Positions 9,427 to 20,441 of a stretch of DNA of 64,000 nucleotides are shown one piece after another. The position numbers and the translations under genes are program-made. The notes under the pieces are model-generated. The model was not told the DNA's origin. It was given only the letters and a program-made list of their open reading frames with translations, and did no database searches. How positions within the stretch are numbered: position 1 is the first letter of the stretch; every line of letters begins with the position of its first letter. Origin of the DNA: Gammaproteobacteria bacterium (GTDB lineage Bacteria > Pseudomonadota > Gammaproteobacteria > GCA-001735895); the NCBI GenBank assembly GCA_029862005.1, contig JAOTYD010000006.1, positions 69,758-133,757 on the forward strand. Reading direction: 5' to 3'.

Positions 9427-10161
9427 ATGACCAAACAAATGATTCTGCAAACCCTTACGAAGTACCTATTGCAACTTGCGATAACCGTATGTTTCATACT
9501 GGCATCTTCATCGTCACTACTGGCTGCGGAAATCCAGAGCCTGGCGTCGATCCGCATGCAGACCGAATCTTTTATCGTGAATTATCCCTACCAAAGCCCC
9601 TATCCACCACGTTTTCAATTCAGCAAGCTGGATTCAAGACTGCGCCTCAAGGCCTGTCCCGAAGCACTCCATGTCGAATTTGCCCGCCGCGACCTGATTG
9701 CAGGAAACACCGCGGTGCGGGTAAATTGCCCGACCAAAGCCGGCTGGAAAATTCACTTGCCGGTACGCGTTGATGTATTCGAAGACGTCGTGGTTACCGC
9801 AAAACCGCTGCTGAAAGGTCAAAAAATTGACGCATCAGCCGTGACTTTTCGGAAGCAAAATATCGCGCAGCTGAGAAATGGCTACTATGTCAAGAACAGC
9901 AACTTTAATCAGCTGCAGGCCCGTCGCAACCTGAGTCAGGGCACGGTACTTACCCCGAAAAATATGAGTCCCAGGTTAATGGTTCGCTCGGGCCAGCAGG
10001 TTACACTGGTGCTGGATTACAATGGGCTGCAGATTAAATCGAAGGGTACCGCCCTGAAGTCCGCGACCCTTGGCCAGCTCGTCCGGGTACGCAACAGCCA
10101 ATCGCTGAGGATTGTCGAGGGGATCGTCTCGGGCGAGGCCCTGGTGCGGGTAAGCATCTGA
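9427..10161 (+). CDS. flgA: flagellar basal-body P-ring formation chaperone FlgA
   Basis: Signal peptide MTKQMILQ...LLAAEIQ plus SAF/FlgA C-domain. ATG 9427 is preferred over the upstream ATG 9391. Confidence 0.85.
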   Translation: MTKQMILQTLTKYLLQLAITVCFILASSSSLLAAEIQSLASIRMQTESFIVNYPYQSPYPPRFQFSKLDSRLRLKACPEALHVEFARRDLIAGNTAVRVNCPTKAGWKIHLPVRVDVFEDVVVTAKPLLKGQKIDASAVTFRKQNIAQLRNGYYVKNSNFNQLQARRNLSQGTVLTPKNMSPRLMVRSGQQVTLVLDYNGLQIKSKGTALKSATLGQLVRVRNSQSLRIVEGIVSGEALVRVSI

Positions 10162-10183
10162 TGAATCCGGGCGCATTTAACAG

Positions 10184-10210
10184 TAAACTATTTTGTCACG
10201 CTGCCGATAA
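10184..10210 (+). promoter_or_regulatory. sigma-28 (FliA) promoter TAAACTAT-N11-GCCGATAA upstream of flgM
   Basis: Near-perfect match to the sigma-28 consensus TAAAGTTT-N11-GCCGATAA, about 30 nt upstream of the flgM ATG. Confidence 0.7.
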
Positions 10211-10239
10211 GGTAAGCAGGAACCTCCAGGAGTCCAGCA

Positions 10240-10557
10240 ATGACTGACGCGATTAACACGCAAAACCGCCCGCGCAATACCGGGGTATCAGCGGATACCA
10301 AGGCTAGCGCTACTGCGAAAACCAGCCCGCAGACCGCTCAGAACAAGTCCAAAGCTGACGCCACGGGTGAGACGAGCACGGTTGAGCTAAGTACTACCGG
10401 TTTGATCGAGCAATTAAGCGAACAAATCAAGAATCTACCCGAGGTTAACGAGGCCCGCGTGGAAGCAGTCAAACAGGCACTGGGTAAAGGGGAATACAAA
10501 CCCGATGCCGAAGTCATCGCACGTAAATACAGTGAAATCGAGAAGTTACTGCCATGA
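10240..10557 (+). CDS. flgM: anti-sigma-28 factor FlgM
   Basis: 105 aa. Disordered N-terminal region and conserved C-terminal helix (...NEARVEAVKQALGKGEYKPDAEVIARK...). Confidence 0.85.
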   Translation: MTDAINTQNRPRNTGVSADTKASATAKTSPQTAQNKSKADATGETSTVELSTTGLIEQLSEQIKNLPEVNEARVEAVKQALGKGEYKPDAEVIARKYSEIEKLLP

Positions 10558-11042
10558 ATAACCAACAATGTCGCGAGCAACTGACAGCACTGCTGGAAGA
10601 ACACAATCAACGCATTACCAGTGCCAGCGAGTACCTTGCTGGAATCAGGCAGGCGATCGCCGAGAATCAACTGGAGAGCCTGCAGGACTCACTGGCAAAG
10701 CCAGAGTTTGTGGTTGACGATATCGAGCAGCTCGAGCAGCAGCGTTACCAATTGCTGTCAAACTACGGATTTAGCCAGGATGCCGATGGATTTGAGAAAT
10801 GCATGGCCTGGTGTGACGATGGGAACCAACAGGTATCCGCGCTATACCAGCAACTGATACAGAACCTGGTGCGGCTGCAACATTCCACCCAGGTCAATAG
10901 TCTACTGGTTAACCGGGGTCGCGATCGGGTGCGACGCTCGCTCGGTATACTGACCGGGCTTGGCACCACGGGTACTTGTAAAACCTATAGCAGTGATGGC
11001 AAGCTTGGTTCCAGCGATCCGCGCGATATCGCAATCGCCTGA
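10554..11042 (+). CDS. flgN: flagellar export chaperone FlgN
   Basis: 162 aa helical protein immediately after flgM (ATGA overlap); FlgN-like. Confidence 0.8.
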   Translation: MNNQQCREQLTALLEEHNQRITSASEYLAGIRQAIAENQLESLQDSLAKPEFVVDDIEQLEQQRYQLLSNYGFSQDADGFEKCMAWCDDGNQQVSALYQQLIQNLVRLQHSTQVNSLLVNRGRDRVRRSLGILTGLGTTGTCKTYSSDGKLGSSDPRDIAIA

Positions 11043-11173
11043 TCTTCGGTCCTGTCGTCCTTAACGGCAGCAACCCTTACCGATCACAATCGCAAGATAC
11101 CCGCCTTTAGGTGGATGAGCGCTTTTCTTTCTCAGGTTTCAAATCCCGGTCTGTGCAGGCAATCAAGCGAATC

Positions 11174-11200
11174 AAAAAAAACCCCATCGCGTAAATGGGG
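11174..11200 (-). terminator. Orphan terminator-like hairpin (CCCCAT-N7-ATGGGG) with an 8-nt U-tract on the minus strand
   Basis: A8 on the plus strand precedes the stem, so it is oriented for minus-strand transcription, yet no minus-strand gene lies upstream. Confidence 0.35.
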
Positions 11201-11412
11201 TCAACACACAAAAATATAACTGGAGGGTCTTGAGATATAATCATAAGCATTTATGCACCCTTGTTTGGGACCTGGGTCTCAGTTCCTGATTCCTTAAAAG
11301 TAATTTAATCACAGATCTCCCGCCCAGGAGGCCGGCAATTCAATTGCCTGTCGATCATTTAAAACTCTGCCAGCGTCGTTATACTGTTCGTACCAGTATG
11401 GACGAAGCACCC

Positions 11413-12612
11413 ATGAACAAAGAAATATCCCTGTTACAGCCTTACCCGTTCGAAAAACTCGTCCGGCTGAAACAGGGCCTGAAGCCGCCCCAACATCTCG
11501 ATCATATCGCCCTGTCAATCGGTGAACCCCGGCATCTGGCACCGCATTTCGTAGTCGAGAGCCTGATCGCCCATTTGCACCAGTTATCGAACTACCCCGG
11601 TACCCGCGGCATAGAAGAATTGCGCGAGGCTATCGCGGCCTGGCTGACCTCAAGATACCGGATCGAACCGGGATTACTGGATCCCGAGACCAACCTGTTA
11701 CCGGTAAGCGGCACGCGTGAAGGTCTGTTTGCCATCGCCCAGTGCGTGGTCGATCGTAGTGCCTCGAATCCCCAGGTTCTGTTGCCGAATCCGTTTTACC
11801 AGATCTACGAGGGTGCTGCGCTGCTGGCTGGCGCAACACCGCGTTACCTCGACTGCCTGCCCGAGAATGATTTCCTGCCTGATCTTGACGACATTAGTGC
11901 GCGGGAATGGTCGGACTGCCAGATGATTTACATCTGCAATCCGGGTAATCCCAGCGGGGCGGTCATGCCAGGCCATTACCTCGAACGGTTGATCGAGCTT
12001 GCTCATCGCTACGATTTCGTGATCGCGAGCGATGAATGCTATGCCGAAATTTACTTTGACGAGCGGGATCCTCCCCCAGGCCTGCTGGGCGTTGCCGCAG
12101 CAATGGGAAATGACAGCTTCAGCCATTGCCTGGTTTTTCACAGCCTGTCGAAAAGATCCAATCTACCCGGACTGCGCTCGGGATTCGTCGCCGGTGACTC
12201 GGCAATCATCGAAAAATTTCTGCTGTACCGGACTTATCACGGTTGCGCGCTGCCTCCGGCAACCCAAACTGCCAGTGCCGTGGCCTGGCGTGACGAAACC
12301 CATGTCGTTGCAAACCGCGACCTTTACCGGCAAAAATTTGAGCAGGTTTTGGCAGTGCTTTCTGATACACTCGCGCCGCAGAAACCGCAGGCAGGTTTTT
12401 ACCTGTGGGCAAAAACGCCAGTTTCAGATACCGAGTTTGCACAGCGTCTTTACGCCGAGCAAAACGTAACCGTGCTGCCAGGCAGATTCCTGGCGCGCGA
12501 TCACGGCGGCCGGAATCCCGGCGAAAACCGGGTACGTATGGCACTGGTAGCTCCTCTGGACGAATGCCTCGATGCGGCCAAACGCATCAATTCACTGTTA
12601 ACGGTTCTTTAG
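11413..12612 (+). CDS. dapC: N-succinyldiaminopimelate aminotransferase (class I PLP aminotransferase, DapC type)
   Basis: [16 protein letters not shown]... matches the DapC N-terminus, with a PLP-lysine region. Located immediately upstream of dapD. Confidence 0.8.
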   Translation: MNKEISLLQPYPFEKLVRLKQGLKPPQHLDHIALSIGEPRHLAPHFVVESLIAHLHQLSNYPGTRGIEELREAIAAWLTSRYRIEPGLLDPETNLLPVSGTREGLFAIAQCVVDRSASNPQVLLPNPFYQIYEGAALLAGATPRYLDCLPENDFLPDLDDISAREWSDCQMIYICNPGNPSGAVMPGHYLERLIELAHRYDFVIASDECYAEIYFDERDPPPGLLGVAAAMGNDSFSHCLVFHSLSKRSNLPGLRSGFVAGDSAIIEKFLLYRTYHGCALPPATQTASAVAWRDETHVVANRDLYRQKFEQVLAVLSDTLAPQKPQAGFYLWAKTPVSDTEFAQRLYAEQNVTVLPGRFLARDHGGRNPGENRVRMALVAPLDECLDAAKRINSLLTVL

Positions 12613-12622
12613 GAGAAACACC

Positions 12623-13444
12623 ATGGCTGAAATTCAGCAAATTATCGAACAGGCGTTCGAAAATCGCGCTGAAATAAATCCCGGTAATGTCGATGCCGGG
12701 ACCAGGAATGCCGTACTCGAAGCAATCGATCTTCTGGATAGCGGGCGCGAGCGGGTTGCCGAGCCTGTTGCGGGGGGATGGCAGGTCAACGAGTGGCTGA
12801 AGAAGGCCGTGTTGCTGTCGTTTCGTATTCGTGAAAATCAGATCATGCCGGGTGGATTTACCCAGTACTTCGATAAAGTCGACTCCAAGTTCGACGGCTG
12901 TTCCGCCGAGCAGCATGCCGCCAGCGGGGTTCGAGTGGTACCGCCCGCCGTGGCGCGCAAAGGCTCGTTCGTGGCCCCGGGCGTCGTTATGATGCCCTCC
13001 TACGTCAATATCGGCGCCTATGTTGACAGCGGCACCATGGTCGACACCTGGGCGACCGTTGGCTCCTGTGCGCAAATCGGCAAGAACGTGCATCTTTCCG
13101 GGGGCGTCGGTATCGGTGGTGTACTCGAACCGCTGCAAGCCTCTCCGACCATCATCGAGGACAACTGTTTTATCGGGGCCCGTTCGGAGGTCGTCGAAGG
13201 CGTCATCGTCGAGAAAAACTCGGTTATTTCGATGGGCGTTTATATCGGCCAAAGCACCAAGATATATGACCGTGAAACAGATGAAGTGACCTTCGGGCGT
13301 ATTCCGGCAGGCTCGGTAGTGGTTGCCGGAAATTTACCATCTGAAGATGGCAGGTATAGCCTCTATTGCGCGGTAATCGTCAAACAAGTCGACGAAAAAA
13401 CGCGTGCCAAGGTCGGCATCAACGAGCTGATACGTAACATATAG
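12623..13444 (+). CDS. dapD: 2,3,4,5-tetrahydropyridine-2,6-dicarboxylate N-succinyltransferase
   Basis: 273 aa with hexapeptide-repeat left-handed beta-helix. RBS AGGAGA. Confidence 0.92.
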   Translation: MAEIQQIIEQAFENRAEINPGNVDAGTRNAVLEAIDLLDSGRERVAEPVAGGWQVNEWLKKAVLLSFRIRENQIMPGGFTQYFDKVDSKFDGCSAEQHAASGVRVVPPAVARKGSFVAPGVVMMPSYVNIGAYVDSGTMVDTWATVGSCAQIGKNVHLSGGVGIGGVLEPLQASPTIIEDNCFIGARSEVVEGVIVEKNSVISMGVYIGQSTKIYDRETDEVTFGRIPAGSVVVAGNLPSEDGRYSLYCAVIVKQVDEKTRAKVGINELIRNI

Positions 13445-13451
13445 ATCGAAC

Positions 13452-13805
13452 ATGGTTAACGAAATGACGCTCTACGGCATCCCCAACTGTGACACGATCA
13501 AAAAAGCCAGGGCATGGTTGGACGATCACAAGATCGCGTTCCGGTTCCATGACTACCGCAAGCAGGGTCTTGATAGGGAACAACTGCTATCCATGGTGTC
13601 TGCACTGGGCTGGGAAGCCATGCTGAATCGCCGGGGCACGACCTGGCGTGCCTTGCCAGGCAAAGTTAAGGACCACATCGACCTTGAGTCGGCGATTCAG
13701 GTCATGCTCGAGAACCCGACCATCATCAAGCGTCCGATACTGGCCACAGGTGATCAACTTCACGTGGGCTTCAGCGATGCACAATACCGGAAGATTTTCG
13801 GCTAG
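13452..13805 (+). CDS. yffB: ArsC/Spx-family protein (YffB-like)
   Basis: TLYGIPNCDTIKKARAWL motif of the ArsC/Spx thioredoxin-like family. The alternative start is ATG 13464. Confidence 0.8.
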   Translation: MVNEMTLYGIPNCDTIKKARAWLDDHKIAFRFHDYRKQGLDREQLLSMVSALGWEAMLNRRGTTWRALPGKVKDHIDLESAIQVMLENPTIIKRPILATGDQLHVGFSDAQYRKIFG

Positions 13806-13808
13806 GAC

Positions 13809-14939
13809 ATGGACAGTGCAACCCTGAAACTGGCATCAGACCTCATCGCAAGGCCCTCGGTTACGCCCGATGATGCCGGCTGCCAGGCGCTGTTGATAGA
13901 GCGGCTCAACGAAATCGGATTTGATTGCGAGACCCTGGTTTTCGAGGATGTCACCAACCTGTGGGCACGCCGCGGTAATTCCGGCCCGGTACTCGCCTTT
14001 GCCGGACATACCGATGTGGTGCCGCCTGGGCCACTGGAGAAATGGCTTAGCGATCCCTTTGTTCCGGAAATTCGGGATGGAATCCTTTATGGCCGGGGTG
14101 CCGCGGATATGAAATCGAGCATTGCCGCGATGATAACCGCCTGCGAGCGATTCATTGCGCAACGACCCGGGCACAGGGGTTCGATCGCTCTGCTGATTAC
14201 CAGTGACGAGGAAGGCAGGGCAGTTAACGGTACGGTCAAGGTAATTGAAACACTCGAGGCACGAGGTGAAAAAATCGACTGGGCGCTGATCGGAGAGCCC
14301 TCGAGTCACCTGCATGTAGGAGACGTTGTCAAAAACGGTCGCAGGGGATCCATCGGCGCAAAGCTCGTGATTCACGGGGTTCAGGGGCATGTCGCTTATC
14401 CACACAAGGTCGATAACCCAATCCACCGCGCAATGCCGGCTCTGCACGAGCTCGCTCGACACGAGTGGGACCAGGGCAATCGATTCTTTCCGCCCACGAG
14501 TTTTCAAATATCCAATATTAACTCGGGGACCGGTGCGCACAACGTGGTTCCAGCACATGCCGAGATTGTGTTTAACCTGCGCTACTCAACCGAGATCGAC
14601 GCGAAACAGATTATTGAAACCACCCGGGTAATCCTCGATAAACACGAGCTCGATTTTGACATCGACTGGTCGATTTCAGGGTATCCGTTCCTGACAGCCG
14701 AGGGAGAACTGGTCGCGGCAGCAAAGCAGGCCATCAAGCTGCATACCGGGCTTACCACCTCGCTGGAAACCACGGGCGGAACGTCGGATGGCCGATTTAT
14801 CGCTCCTACCGGTGCACAGGTCCTCGAACTCGGTCCCGTGAACGAGTCCATTCATAAACTCAATGAACATGTGAATACAAAAGAACTCGACCAACTGTCC
14901 GATATTTACCAAAGTATTCTCGAAAACCTGCTGTCTTGA
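13809..14939 (+). CDS. dapE: succinyl-diaminopimelate desuccinylase
   Basis: 376 aa M20 peptidase with the DapE N-terminus [22 protein letters not shown]. Confidence 0.92.
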   Translation: MDSATLKLASDLIARPSVTPDDAGCQALLIERLNEIGFDCETLVFEDVTNLWARRGNSGPVLAFAGHTDVVPPGPLEKWLSDPFVPEIRDGILYGRGAADMKSSIAAMITACERFIAQRPGHRGSIALLITSDEEGRAVNGTVKVIETLEARGEKIDWALIGEPSSHLHVGDVVKNGRRGSIGAKLVIHGVQGHVAYPHKVDNPIHRAMPALHELARHEWDQGNRFFPPTSFQISNINSGTGAHNVVPAHAEIVFNLRYSTEIDAKQIIETTRVILDKHELDFDIDWSISGYPFLTAEGELVAAAKQAIKLHTGLTTSLETTGGTSDGRFIAPTGAQVLELGPVNESIHKLNEHVNTKELDQLSDIYQSILENLLS

Positions 14940-15844
14940 TCCCGTTAATCGGACGATTCGCGCCCTCGCCTTCGGGCCCCCTGCATTTCGGCTCCCTGGT
15001 CGCAGGTCTCGCGAGTTACTGTCAGGCGAAGTCGCAACAGGGCAACTGGTTATTGCGCATCGAGGATGTCGATACACCGCGTGTCGTCGCCGGTGCCAGC
15101 GAGCAGATTCTGCGCGATCTGGAAGCCTTCGGTTTCGAGTGGGACGGACCGGTCTCCTACCAGAGCGATCGATTCGAACACTACCAGTATTACCTGGACA
15201 AGCTCTTCGAACGGGGCGACTGCTACGCCTGCGAATGCAGCCGCAGGTCCTTGCGCGAACAGGGCGTGCGCAGTGGCCCCCTGGGACAGATTTATCCGGG
15301 AAACTGCCGCTTGAAACGACTGGTGCCGGCCAACCATTCTATCCGGCTGAATATCGAGCATGCGCAATCCATCAGGTTTGTCGACAAGGTCTATGGCGAT
15401 TTCACGCTCAACCTGCCCGAATCGGTCGGTGATTTCGTGCTCAAGCGGGCGGACAATATCTATGCCTATCACCTGGCGGTTGTGGTCGATGACGAGCTAC
15501 AGAAGATTTCCGAAGTCGTTCGCGGCGCCGATTTGCTGGAGAACACCTGTCTGCATATCTACCTGCAGCAGAGACTGGGCTTCAAGACGCCTGAATACCT
15601 GCATATTCCACTGGTCAATAATGCCGAGGGCCTCAAGCTCAGCAAGCAAACCGGGGCCAATGCCCTAGATCATCGCAATGCCCCGAGACAGTTACTGGCC
15701 GCGTTGCACCACCTCGGCCAGTCACCACCGTCGGAACTCGAGCACCGACAACCGCGGGAAATCTTGCAATGGGCGCTCGACAACTGGTGTATCACGTCGA
15801 TTCCGGTGCAGCGCCCGGAGATTGCCGAAACTTTTGAAAATTAA
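14936..15844 (+). CDS. gluQ: glutamyl-Q tRNA(Asp) synthetase
   Basis: [15 protein letters not shown] class-I HIGH-like motif. TTG start overlapping the dapE stop (TTGA). Confidence 0.85.
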   Translation: MIPLIGRFAPSPSGPLHFGSLVAGLASYCQAKSQQGNWLLRIEDVDTPRVVAGASEQILRDLEAFGFEWDGPVSYQSDRFEHYQYYLDKLFERGDCYACECSRRSLREQGVRSGPLGQIYPGNCRLKRLVPANHSIRLNIEHAQSIRFVDKVYGDFTLNLPESVGDFVLKRADNIYAYHLAVVVDDELQKISEVVRGADLLENTCLHIYLQQRLGFKTPEYLHIPLVNNAEGLKLSKQTGANALDHRNAPRQLLAALHHLGQSPPSELEHRQPREILQWALDNWCITSIPVQRPEIAETFEN

Positions 15845-15922
15845 CCGATCAGACATTTGTTGTGCCCGGTTCATTTCGCTGTAAACTATGGTCCTCGTCC
15901 GTCATTAAACCAGGTGCAAAGC

Positions 15923-16273
15923 ATGCTCAAATCTGCAGGTGACATGATCCAGGAAGCCCAGCAGCATATAGAATGCGTGGACGTCACGACGGCAAAGAAG
16001 ATATACGATGAAAATTCGGATGCAGTCATTGTCGACGTGCGCGAGGCGCACAGCGCGAACGAGTCCAAGCTCTCCAACTCGATCAATATTTCGCGCGGAC
16101 TGCTGGAAATGCAGGTACATAAGGTCTGTCCCGAGGCAACGACCGTCATCCTGACTCACTGTGGTGGTGGGGGCCGTGCTTCACTTGCGGCACACACGTT
16201 GAAACAACTCGGTTACGCGGAGGTTTACGCGATCACGGCACCGTTTGAAGATATCAAGGAAGTCTTCGGCTGA
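15923..16273 (+). CDS. rhodanese-domain sulfurtransferase
   Basis: Rhodanese fold with active-site Cys loop THCGGGGRAS. ATG 15923 is preferred over the ORF-track start at 15857. Confidence 0.75.
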   Translation: MLKSAGDMIQEAQQHIECVDVTTAKKIYDENSDAVIVDVREAHSANESKLSNSINISRGLLEMQVHKVCPEATTVILTHCGGGGRASLAAHTLKQLGYAEVYAITAPFEDIKEVFG

Positions 16274-16281
16274 CCAGGTGC

Positions 16282-17496
16282 CTACTTGACCTGGTCAATC
16301 GTCAGAACGATTTTCTCGGGTGGATTGCTGCTGTCCACTGCTTCAAGCTCGGTGTAGAAGTCACCCGCCTGGGCCACCGGGTTGCCGCTGCTCGAGACCC
16401 GCGCGCCGACGATAACCTGGTCGAAGGTCGATAGCTTCATCGTCGGCATCATCGCGTCGTCGTCGCTCAACGTCAGCGTTGCCGGTAAATCGCTGAGTTG
16501 CAACTTTCTGACTGCCAGCGGCATCGGAGGTCCCTGCATCGCCTTGGCATAGATGAATACCGCTGCTCCGGGATTTGCCCTTGATTTAAGATCAGCGATG
16601 ATATCGACAACAACATTTAGTGTGGCCTTGTTGATCGCTTTGCTGGCGAGTTCCGGATCACGTTCTTCGAGCATCGCGATAAGATCCCTGATTTCACGGG
16701 TCGAATTTGGGTTGTCGGCGATCAACGGCAGCAACTGCGTCCAGTGTCGATGCGCCGTCTTGTAGTCCTGGCGTTGTTCGGCAGCCATTCCGGCCAGCCA
16801 GAGACCGTTCGGAAAACGGGGCGCGAGCTCGAGCCCCCGTTTAACCAATTTCTCCGGCTCACCCAGCAGGTTGCCATTGTTTTGCATTGCCAGAGCATCC
16901 GCGAGCGCAAACATGATTCCGGGTTCATCGGCAATCAGGTCATGGCTGCGTTGAAACGCGGTCACGGCCTGGCTGTACTGCTGCTTGCCCATATAGGATC
17001 TGCCCAGCATAAACCAGCCTTCTGCATCCTCGGGGTTGGCGCGTAACCTGTCCTTTATCGCGACGATCATTTCATCGAGCGTCATCTGTGGTGCTGCGGC
17101 CGTTTGTTGCGCCGGTACCGCGCGCGCCAGTTCCGGGTTCTTGATGACCCGGTACTCACCGTAAACCAGGTACAGCGCAACGCTCGACAGCGGTATTGCC
17201 AGTAACACTACGACAGCCATCCATTTGCCGCGTAATCTGTCACTGTCTGCTTCCTTGCCCTCCAGTTCCAGCGCGAGCGAGGTTTGTAAATCAACGAGTG
17301 CGCTGTCGTAACTGTCCTGGTCGATTTCGCCGTCGGCGAGCTGTGCTTCGAGCTGCCGTTTCTGTTCGCGTGCGATTTGAATATTCTGCTGCTGTCGTTG
17401 ATTATGCTGTTGCGCGCGGTTAGATCGAACCAGCGGCACCAGTAAAATGACGAGCGCTAGCGCGAGCAGCGCGATGGCGATAATCCAGAAACTCAT
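16282..17496 (-). CDS. ccmI: cytochrome c-type biogenesis protein CcmI (CycH), TPR-containing
   Basis: N-terminal membrane anchor plus periplasmic TPR repeats; last gene of the ccm operon. Confidence 0.85.
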   Translation of the reverse strand: MSFWIIAIALLALALVILLVPLVRSNRAQQHNQRQQQNIQIAREQKRQLEAQLADGEIDQDSYDSALVDLQTSLALELEGKEADSDRLRGKWMAVVVLLAIPLSSVALYLVYGEYRVIKNPELARAVPAQQTAAAPQMTLDEMIVAIKDRLRANPEDAEGWFMLGRSYMGKQQYSQAVTAFQRSHDLIADEPGIMFALADALAMQNNGNLLGEPEKLVKRGLELAPRFPNGLWLAGMAAEQRQDYKTAHRHWTQLLPLIADNPNSTREIRDLIAMLEERDPELASKAINKATLNVVVDIIADLKSRANPGAAVFIYAKAMQGPPMPLAVRKLQLSDLPATLTLSDDDAMMPTMKLSTFDQVIVGARVSSSGNPVAQAGDFYTELEAVDSSNPPEKIVLTIDQVK

Positions 17497-17951
17497 TTAC
17501 CCTGCTCGTTTTCTTCCAGCAGCTGTTTTGCTTCGGCCATTGCAGCGGCGTCCACTTCGACCGGCTTCTGGGCATTACGCAACCTGCGAACAAGCAGATA
17601 AAGAACCAGCAGCAATAACAGGAAAGGTCCCAGCCAAAGCAGGTAAGTCGTCGATTTGAATTGAGGACGGTAAAGCACGAAGTCGCCATAACGGGTGACC
17701 ATGAATTCGACCACCTGTTGTGGGGATTTGCCCTGCTGCAGCATCTCGTAGGTTTCGCGGCGCAGGTCACGAGCGAGGTCAGCATCGGAACCCGAAAGGT
17801 TCTGGTTCTGGCATACCAGGCAGCGCAGTTCGTCGATGAGTTTCTTGTAGTCTGCCTCCATCTGTTCAGACTCGAACTCGTAGGCCTCGATCGCGGCCTG
17901 CACCGGTACGACCCAGAGCACCAACATGAGCATCAGTAGTAGCGACTTCAA
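17493..17951 (-). CDS. ccmH: cytochrome c-type biogenesis protein CcmH
   Basis: Signal peptide plus LRCLVCQNQ (CxxC) motif. The ORF-track start at 17951 is TTG (TTGA overlap with ccmG); alternative ATG at 17933. Confidence 0.85.
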   Translation of the reverse strand: MKSLLLMLMLVLWVVPVQAAIEAYEFESEQMEADYKKLIDELRCLVCQNQNLSGSDADLARDLRRETYEMLQQGKSPQQVVEFMVTRYGDFVLYRPQFKSTTYLLWLGPFLLLLLVLYLLVRRLRNAQKPVEVDAAAMAEAKQLLEENEQGK

Positions 17952-18472
17952 CTCAGCAGCTCCCTGAGAACAGGCATAATTTTCTGCTCCAGCGATTCAT
18001 GCGTAACCGGACCAATATGCTTGTACTTGATCAGTCCGTCGGCGCCGATGACAAAGGTTTCCGGCACCCCGTAAACACCCCAGTCGATTCCAACTCGGCC
18101 ATCGCGATCGATAACGCTGGTGGCATAGGGATTGCCAAACTGCTGCAACCACCGGATTGCGTCATCCGGTTCATCCTTGTAGTTGAGCCCGACCACGGTA
18201 ACCAGGTTTTTGCGCGCAAGCGCCGAGATCACTGCATGCTCGGCACGGCAGGATACACACCACGAGGCCCATACGTTAAGTACCCAGACCTGTCCTGTCA
18301 TGTCCGCAGTCGAAAGCTGCCGGGTCGGATTATCCAGCATCGCCAGTGAAAACGACGGTGCCGGTTTATCGATCAGCACTGACGGCACTTTCTTGGGATC
18401 AAGACGCAGGCCGTAGCCGAGCAGACCGACCATTAGTACGAATACCGCAAGCGGCAGGATAAAACGATTCAC
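17948..18472 (-). CDS. ccmG: thiol:disulfide interchange protein CcmG/DsbE
   Basis: WASWCVSC thioredoxin motif plus GVYGVPETF. GTG start overlapping the ccmF stop. Confidence 0.9.
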   Translation of the reverse strand: MNRFILPLAVFVLMVGLLGYGLRLDPKKVPSVLIDKPAPSFSLAMLDNPTRQLSTADMTGQVWVLNVWASWCVSCRAEHAVISALARKNLVTVVGLNYKDEPDDAIRWLQQFGNPYATSVIDRDGRVGIDWGVYGVPETFVIGADGLIKYKHIGPVTHESLEQKIMPVLRELLS

Positions 18473-20439
18473 GCCGCACGCTCCCCGGCATCGGCATCGA
18501 CAGTGACGCTGCGGGCGAGTCGGCGATAGCGTCGGTCGGATGCGGCAAACAGCCCGCCAATCGCCATAATGATCGCACCGAGCCAGATCCAGCGGATAAA
18601 AGGTTTGTAATAGATTCGTACCGCCCAGGCGCCCTCCTTGTCGAGGGGTTCGCCCAGGGCGATAAACAAATCACGCGTGAATCCCGCATCGATCGCAGCC
18701 TCGGTCATCGGCATGGTTTGCACGAGGTAGGTCCGTTTCTCGGGGAACAGGTCAACCTTGAAATTTCCGCTTTCGGAACGCACCGAAAACCCACCCCGGG
18801 TTGCAACATAGTTCTCAATATTATAATCACGCACCCCGTGGAAGGTGAATTCATAACCCGCCACCGAGTAGGTATCGCCCGGCGCCATGCGCAGATCTTT
18901 TTCCTGGTTGTACAAACTGGTCAGCGTCACCCCGACGATGAAAACCGCGATACCGAGATGTCCGAGTAACATGCCATAGAAACCGGCCGGTGTTGAACGC
19001 AGGATCGAGAGTACAGCCCGGTTATGAAATCGATCGTAAATCGCGACGGCGCCCGTGACTACAATCCACAACGCCATCGCAATACCGAGGTAAGCACTCC
19101 ATATCCATTGCGGCAATGCCAGGCTGAGCGGCAAGGCCACAACCAGCACTACCAGGGCGGGAATTTTCAACTTGGCCCCCAACCGCGAAAGACTGTCAGT
19201 CTTCCAGCGAATCAACATACCGATACCGATTAATATGCCCAGTGGTGCGGTCAACGTTATGAACATCAGGTTGAAATACGGCGGACCAACAGAAATTTTC
19301 CCGCCCATGGCATCGATTGCAATCGGGTAAAGCGTACCCAGCAGGATCGCGCTGGTCACGACCGCGAGAAACGCGTTGTTCAATAACAGGGCCCCGTCGC
19401 GAGACAACAAGCGGGTCTGGGCCGCGCTCTTGAGTAACGGCGCGCGCCACGCATAAAGGGTTAACGAGCCGCCGACCACCAACACCAGGAATCCCAGGAT
19501 GAATATGCCGCGTTCCGGGTCACTGGCAAAGGCGTGCACCGAAGTCAAAACGCCGGAGCGAACCAGGAAGGTACCCAGCAAACTCAGCGCAAACGCGAAG
19601 ATTGCCAGTAGCGCCGTCCAGGCCTTGAAGGTGCCGCGCTTTTCGGTAATCGCCAGTGAATGCATCAGCGCGGTACCAATTAACCACGGCATGAAAGACG
19701 CATTTTCGACCGGGTCCCAGAACCACCAGCCACCCCAGCCGAGTTCGTAGTAAGCCCACCAGCTGCCCAGCGCGATTCCCAGCGTCAGAAACAGCCAGGC
19801 GACATTGGTCCACGGCCGCGACCAGCGCGCCCAGGCCGAATCGACCTGGCCGGAAATCAGTGCCGCAATCGAAAACGCGAACGCCACCGAGAATCCGACA
19901 TAACCGAGGTAAAGCATGGGCGGGTGAATCGCAAGCCCGATGTCCTGCAGCAACGGGTTCAAATCGCTGCCCTCGGTCGCCGCGGGAAACAGACGCTCAA
20001 ACGGATTCGATGTAATGATAATAAACAACAGGAATCCACAGCTTACCAATCCCAGCACCGACAGCACCCGGGCGCGCATGGCATTCGGAACATTCGGCGT
20101 AAACACTGCTACCGCGCCCGTCCACAACGCGAGCACCAGCGCCCACAACAACAGCGAGCCTTCATGCGAACCCCAGACCCCGGAAATCCGATAAATCAGC
20201 GGCAACGCGCTGTTCGAATTCTTGGCCACGTAAAGCACCGAGAAGTCATGGCTCAGGAAAGCCCAGGTCAGGCAGGCATAAGATATGCCAACGAATAGTA
20301 ACTGGCCCAGGGCGGCGGGCACTGCCAGCGCGACCCAGCGCTGTACCCCGAGACCGGCACCGGCGAGCGGCACTAGTGACTGGATCACGGCGATACTGAG
20401 CGCAATAATCAGTGCGAGTTGACCGATTTCGGGAATCAT
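18469..20439 (-). CDS. ccmF: cytochrome c heme lyase subunit CcmF
   Basis: 656 aa polytopic protein with a WWD domain. Confidence 0.93.
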   Translation of the reverse strand: MIPEIGQLALIIALSIAVIQSLVPLAGAGLGVQRWVALAVPAALGQLLFVGISYACLTWAFLSHDFSVLYVAKNSNSALPLIYRISGVWGSHEGSLLLWALVLALWTGAVAVFTPNVPNAMRARVLSVLGLVSCGFLLFIIITSNPFERLFPAATEGSDLNPLLQDIGLAIHPPMLYLGYVGFSVAFAFSIAALISGQVDSAWARWSRPWTNVAWLFLTLGIALGSWWAYYELGWGGWWFWDPVENASFMPWLIGTALMHSLAITEKRGTFKAWTALLAIFAFALSLLGTFLVRSGVLTSVHAFASDPERGIFILGFLVLVVGGSLTLYAWRAPLLKSAAQTRLLSRDGALLLNNAFLAVVTSAILLGTLYPIAIDAMGGKISVGPPYFNLMFITLTAPLGILIGIGMLIRWKTDSLSRLGAKLKIPALVVLVVALPLSLALPQWIWSAYLGIAMALWIVVTGAVAIYDRFHNRAVLSILRSTPAGFYGMLLGHLGIAVFIVGVTLTSLYNQEKDLRMAPGDTYSVAGYEFTFHGVRDYNIENYVATRGGFSVRSESGNFKVDLFPEKRTYLVQTMPMTEAAIDAGFTRDLFIALGEPLDKEGAWAVRIYYKPFIRWIWLGAIIMAIGGLFAASDRRYRRLARSVTVDADAGERAA

Positions 20440-20441
20440 CG

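Noticed and set aside
9198-9557. 119-aa minus ORF spanning the flgB-flgA intergenic region
   Set aside because: It overlaps the sigma-54 promoter region and the flgA start. It is probably spurious.
13836-14558. 240-aa minus-strand ORF
   Set aside because: It is antisense to dapE and has no motifs.
18718-20298. Several 60-125 aa plus-strand ORFs
   Set aside because: All lie antisense inside ccmF.
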